Below the pieces are notes generated by a model. The model had not been told where the DNA came from. It saw nothing but the letters and a program-made list of their open reading frames with translations, and searched no databases. The position numbers were made by a program, and so were the translations under genes. Of a stretch of DNA of 6,076 nt, positions 3,342-6,076 are shown piece after piece. This stretch comes from a virus, in the IMG/VR virus record IMGVR_UViG_3300034041_000023, one strand, 5' to 3'. The stretch's first letter is position 1, and each line of letters begins with the position of its first letter.

Positions 3342-3356
3342 TATTATTTGCCGCAG

Positions 3357-3866
3357 CTACACTTCTTTTTCTGCGGTTGTCGGTTCTGCGGCTTCCGGTT
3401 CGATTGCGTCCGGTTCCGCTTCGGCGGGAGTTTCTTCTTCGAGTGTTTCAAAGTCTAGGTCCTGATCTTTGCGGCGTTTGGCCAGCATTTTTTCAAATTC
3501 CAATTTCTGCTGACGCTTTTCAGCGAGTTGCTTCAACTGAATTTGGCGCAACGCCTGTTTGACATACTGTTCAGCGGGGCTATCCATCGGTTTCTTTTCG
3601 GCATTGGTAAAAACCTCACCGACAGATTGAGCAGCCTTAGGAGCGTCACGAATGACGCAAATTTCGGCTGTGGATGTGAAATGGTGGTGATCGTCAGGGC
3701 CGACGATATGGAAATAACTTCCATAACCCAGCAAGGACTTTGCAGCCCCAACATGGATATACAACGGCGCCTCAGCAGAAAGACGTAGGCGCGTTGTTCC
3801 ATAGGCGGGCACTTTCGCGCCCGCTTTGAACATTTCGGTGTTTGGGTTGTATTTGATCGTTTGCAT
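3357..3866 (-). CDS. Hypothetical 169-aa protein; possible internal scaffolding protein (VP3-like) by position and composition
   Basis: ATG at 3866..3864 overlaps the VP1 stop TAA (3868..3866) as TAATG. The N-terminal ~90 aa look beta-rich and contain a DDHHHF patch. These are followed by a charged helical segment (LRQIQLKQLAEKRQQKLEFEKMLAKRRK) and an acidic Pro/Glu/Ala tail. I recognise no diagnostic motif. Confidence 0.7.
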   Translation of the reverse strand: MQTIKYNPNTEMFKAGAKVPAYGTTRLRLSAEAPLYIHVGAAKSLLGYGSYFHIVGPDDHHHFTSTAEICVIRDAPKAAQSVGEVFTNAEKKPMDSPAEQYVKQALRQIQLKQLAEKRQQKLEFEKMLAKRRKDQDLDFETLEEETPAEAEPDAIEPEAAEPTTAEKEV

Positions 3867-5488
3867 TAGATTTGCTCCGCTTCGACTGCCAAGAATTCGG
3901 CGTTATCTTCGACGAGCGCGTCGCCGAATTGAGTAATCCCAACAATAGAAATCTGTTGGAGAACTGAAATGTTCACGCAGTGGTTCGAAGGAACACTGAA
4001 CACATCTTGAGGGAAAGGCGAAGGGCAAAGCCAATGATCCGAAGTAAAGACAGGATCAACAATGTCAGCTTGCCAAAGGCCAGTTCGTGCAGTGGTCGAC
4101 GGCGTTCCCGGCGTGGACTGGATAAATTCACCGCCAAGGCGGGTGTATTCGCGTTTCCACTTAGAATTCATTGGCTCATAGCCAAACGTCCCATCAGGGG
4201 TAGAATGCGCCGTATCAAGACGCCGGTTAATAACCGTGTCAACCGGTTCAATCCGCTGAATGTCGCGCATAGCGTTCGGAAGATCGTCAACGTCCGTGAC
4301 ATAAAGATATTCATCAGATTGACGCTCATAAAGCCGTTCAGGCATAACCTCGACCGTCGCCATAATCACGCCGCCATAATCCGACGTTGGGACGTTGACG
4401 TTCAAAGACATTTGAGCACGGCCCGTAGTAATACTGTCATCCAGATTTGCCGCGTCTGTCGCGTGACGCTCTTGCATACCGAAAACAACAGTTTTGCTAT
4501 CCAGCAACCAAGGGCGCTGAAGAAGTTCGTTTGGAACGGTAAAGCCTTGCATAAGTTCGGCCATAACTACGTCATCGTTATTGAACCCGCTAAAATCGCT
4601 ACCGTCATAGGCCGCGACACGTTTAGCAAAGGCTTGCGTAGTGCGCGCCTTGTCAACGTTTGCAAGAGTGGTAGTGATGGTCGTTCCGGCAAGTTCTGTA
4701 AACACTTCGTTGGATTGGTAATAATCGCCAACATCTGTCACAGTGCCCGAGGCACGAATAGCCAAATTATTGTGCGGCTGATCCAAAGAAGCACGATAAT
4801 TAGCAGTTCCGGGATTGACAGTTTCGGCGAAGGACAAGGGAACCTGTCCCGCCGAAACGTCGAGATCAAGAGCACCTGTTACGAGTGCCTGTTCATAATC
4901 CGGCACGATGTCGTGCATACGGTTGCGCGGCCAAAAGGCCTGTTTCAATTTACGCGCTTCACTCGCGTTCTCCGACCAATACTCGTTACGGGGCAATTTC
5001 GATGAATGCGATGCCAATCGGAAATTGTGAATATGATTGTAAACGTCGATATACTCATGGTTGATCACCTGAGAAGCGACACCATGAATTCCCAAAGTTT
5101 TATAAATTTCAGACGCCAAATCGGCACTCACCGAGCCTGACGGCGTTGTTTCAAACAACGCTGGCGGCGTTCGCGTCGAACTGTTCAACGCAGTAATGCT
5201 TTTGCCATGATATGCGTGCGTGTATTCATCAAGGCCTGAATAGTATGGAAGCGACGGACGAGGCACAAACCAGACTTGCCCACGGGCAATGACAGCGTTT
5301 TCCAATGGTTTTGGCATTTCTGCCAATTCCATTTGAATTGCAATGCGCCCGCTGGCGCTATCCTTGCGAAGCAATGGCGCTACGGCGACAGGGATAACAA
5401 CGCCAGCGTTGCCAGACGTGCGAAGAGCGACGTTATCCATGCGGCGTGTCATGCCATACTGAAGAGGTTCTGCGTTTTGTTTGATCAT
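3866..5488 (-). CDS. VP1: Major capsid protein (Microviridae VP1 / F-like), 540 aa
   Basis: Largest ORF. ATG at 5488 with AAGGA about 9 nt upstream, 17 nt after the VP2 stop. The size is typical of gokushovirus-like capsid proteins. The N-terminal pattern NAGVVIPVAVAPLLRKDS resembles the conserved G-x-hydrophobic-IP...LPGD region of VP1 proteins. Genome context: rep, pilot and capsid on a 6-kb circle. Confidence 0.88.
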   Translation of the reverse strand: MIKQNAEPLQYGMTRRMDNVALRTSGNAGVVIPVAVAPLLRKDSASGRIAIQMELAEMPKPLENAVIARGQVWFVPRPSLPYYSGLDEYTHAYHGKSITALNSSTRTPPALFETTPSGSVSADLASEIYKTLGIHGVASQVINHEYIDVYNHIHNFRLASHSSKLPRNEYWSENASEARKLKQAFWPRNRMHDIVPDYEQALVTGALDLDVSAGQVPLSFAETVNPGTANYRASLDQPHNNLAIRASGTVTDVGDYYQSNEVFTELAGTTITTTLANVDKARTTQAFAKRVAAYDGSDFSGFNNDDVVMAELMQGFTVPNELLQRPWLLDSKTVVFGMQERHATDAANLDDSITTGRAQMSLNVNVPTSDYGGVIMATVEVMPERLYERQSDEYLYVTDVDDLPNAMRDIQRIEPVDTVINRRLDTAHSTPDGTFGYEPMNSKWKREYTRLGGEFIQSTPGTPSTTARTGLWQADIVDPVFTSDHWLCPSPFPQDVFSVPSNHCVNISVLQQISIVGITQFGDALVEDNAEFLAVEAEQI

Positions 5489-5505
5489 TGGTTTTGTTCC
5501 TTTAT

Positions 5506-6076
5506 TTACTTGTTTTTCCAGTTTTCATCAACTGGAACACCAGATGCACGCTGCACATCGTTATACGAGCGATTAATTGCATCCGATACTGTGGACTTAA
5601 GCTGAGGCAAACCGCCCCAAGACTTAAATTGAAGATATTTGTTGATGAAGAAGCCAGAGGCCATTTCATCCAAATCAGGGCCAACCGGCACTTGCGCGGT
5701 TAGTCCGTCCTTACCAACATAAGTTTGCGTTGGGCTTTCAACCATATCCGAAACAATTTCGCCGGTGCTGTTATAGGACAGTCCCAGCTTTGGCGAAGGC
5801 AAAGAAGGGGAATTGATTGCTCGAAGAGCAGTTGTAGTAATGAAATCTGGTTCAGGAACACCTTTCATTTGAGGAGTTGGAAATCTTGCCGGTATCACAG
5901 AACCGGCAAGAGAAGGGCTAGCAAGGCCAGCGGTGCTATTTGCCTTAGCTGCGTCAATCTCAATTTTCATGAGATCATTGCGCAGTTCTAAGGCCTTTTG
6001 CTCGGCCGCTTTGCGTCCGGTTAATACATCGTCTAATTGGTCGAATGTATTGGTCATAGCCGTTTGAGACATTAGA
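5506..6076 (-). CDS. VP2: DNA pilot / minor capsid protein VP2, C-terminal 188+ aa. The frame is open to the window end and continues at 94..285 of the circular map.
   Basis: The ORF track entry 5506..6072 starts at an internal Met. The preceding codon (CTA, 6075..6073) and the duplicated copy at 1..94 show that the frame continues upstream to the ATG at 285. Stop TAA is at 5508..5506. Confidence 0.8.
   Translation of the reverse strand, partial: LMSQTAMTNTFDQLDDVLTGRKAAEQKALELRNDLMKIEIDAAKANSTAGLASPSLAGSVIPARFPTPQMKGVPEPDFITTTALRAINSPSLPSPKLGLSYNSTGEIVSDMVESPTQTYVGKDGLTAQVPVGPDLDEMASGFFINKYLQFKSWGGLPQLKSTVSDAINRSYNDVQRASGVPVDENWKNK
5983..6076. repeat. Terminal direct repeat, copy B (identical to 1..94)
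   Basis: Same 94-nt string as 1..94. 5983-1 = 5982 gives the unit length. Confidence 0.97.

Noticed and set aside
3980-5005. 341-aa + strand ORF antisense to the capsid gene
   Set aside because: It starts with GTG and lies in the codon-aligned antisense frame of VP1. The + codon starts fall on VP1 third positions; both are congruent to 2 mod 3. In that frame stops arise only opposite TTA, CTA and TCA sense codons, so avoidance of those codons keeps it open. The product is Arg/Ile/Ser-rich with no motif or SD. It is a shadow ORF.
5276-5703. Small ORFs around the VP2/VP1 junction (5276..5605 +, 5488..5703 +, 5502..5684 -) and 1064..1249 - inside rep
   Set aside because: Each overlaps a well-supported gene. 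The two minus-strand ones start with TTG or GTG by my check. None has an SD or any distinctive feature.
952-5991. Other long + strand ORFs: 952..1197, 2708..3103, 3528..3788 and 5725..5991 (also 2643..2855 and 3377..3562)
   Set aside because: By the same modulo-3 check, the first four are each in the codon-aligned antisense frame of rep, peptidase, the 169-aa gene and VP2 respectively. They are the same artefact, none has a credible SD, and all overlap well-supported genes completely.
1-6076. Terminal 94-nt repeats as genuine direct terminal repeats, LTRs or IS ends
   Set aside because: The repeat is internal to the VP2 reading frame, and joining the ends restores a continuous gene. No transposase or integrase is present. 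It is a circularisation overlap.

Overview
The window holds slightly more than one unit length of a small circular ssDNA-phage genome, shown as the reverse complement of its coding strand. The phage is Microviridae, gokushovirus-like rather than phiX174-like. Bases 1-94 are identical to 5983-6076, so the replicon is 5,982 nt.

All convincing genes lie on the minus strand and are tightly packed. In transcription order they are:
- HUH replication initiator VP4 (1773..814)
- 109-aa Arg-rich protein (790..461)
- 57-aa hydrophobic protein (458..285)
- pilot protein VP2 (285..1, continuing at 6076..5506 across the circular junction, 253 aa)
- major capsid protein VP1 (5488..3866)
- 169-aa scaffold-like protein (3866..3357)
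- LAS/M15-type zinc peptidase (3298..2591)
- an unlisted 49-aa ORF (2580..2431), followed directly by a GC-rich hairpin

The remaining 657 nt (1774..2430, 11% of the genome) has no convincing gene but is densely structured. It contains:
- a hairpin whose loop carries a 9/10 match to the phiX174 origin decamer, just upstream of rep
- an overlapping perfect 20-bp-arm palindrome
- a long compound hairpin ending in T5
- two tandem 66-nt hairpin units bracketed by G6/C6 runs
- a roughly 10-fold excess of the pentamer GTTAG

The two points most worth follow-up are the endolysin-type lysis gene in a microvirus, with possible small partner proteins, and the candidate replication-origin architecture in the long intergenic region. 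No database search was possible. All protein calls rest on motifs, size and synteny read by eye.
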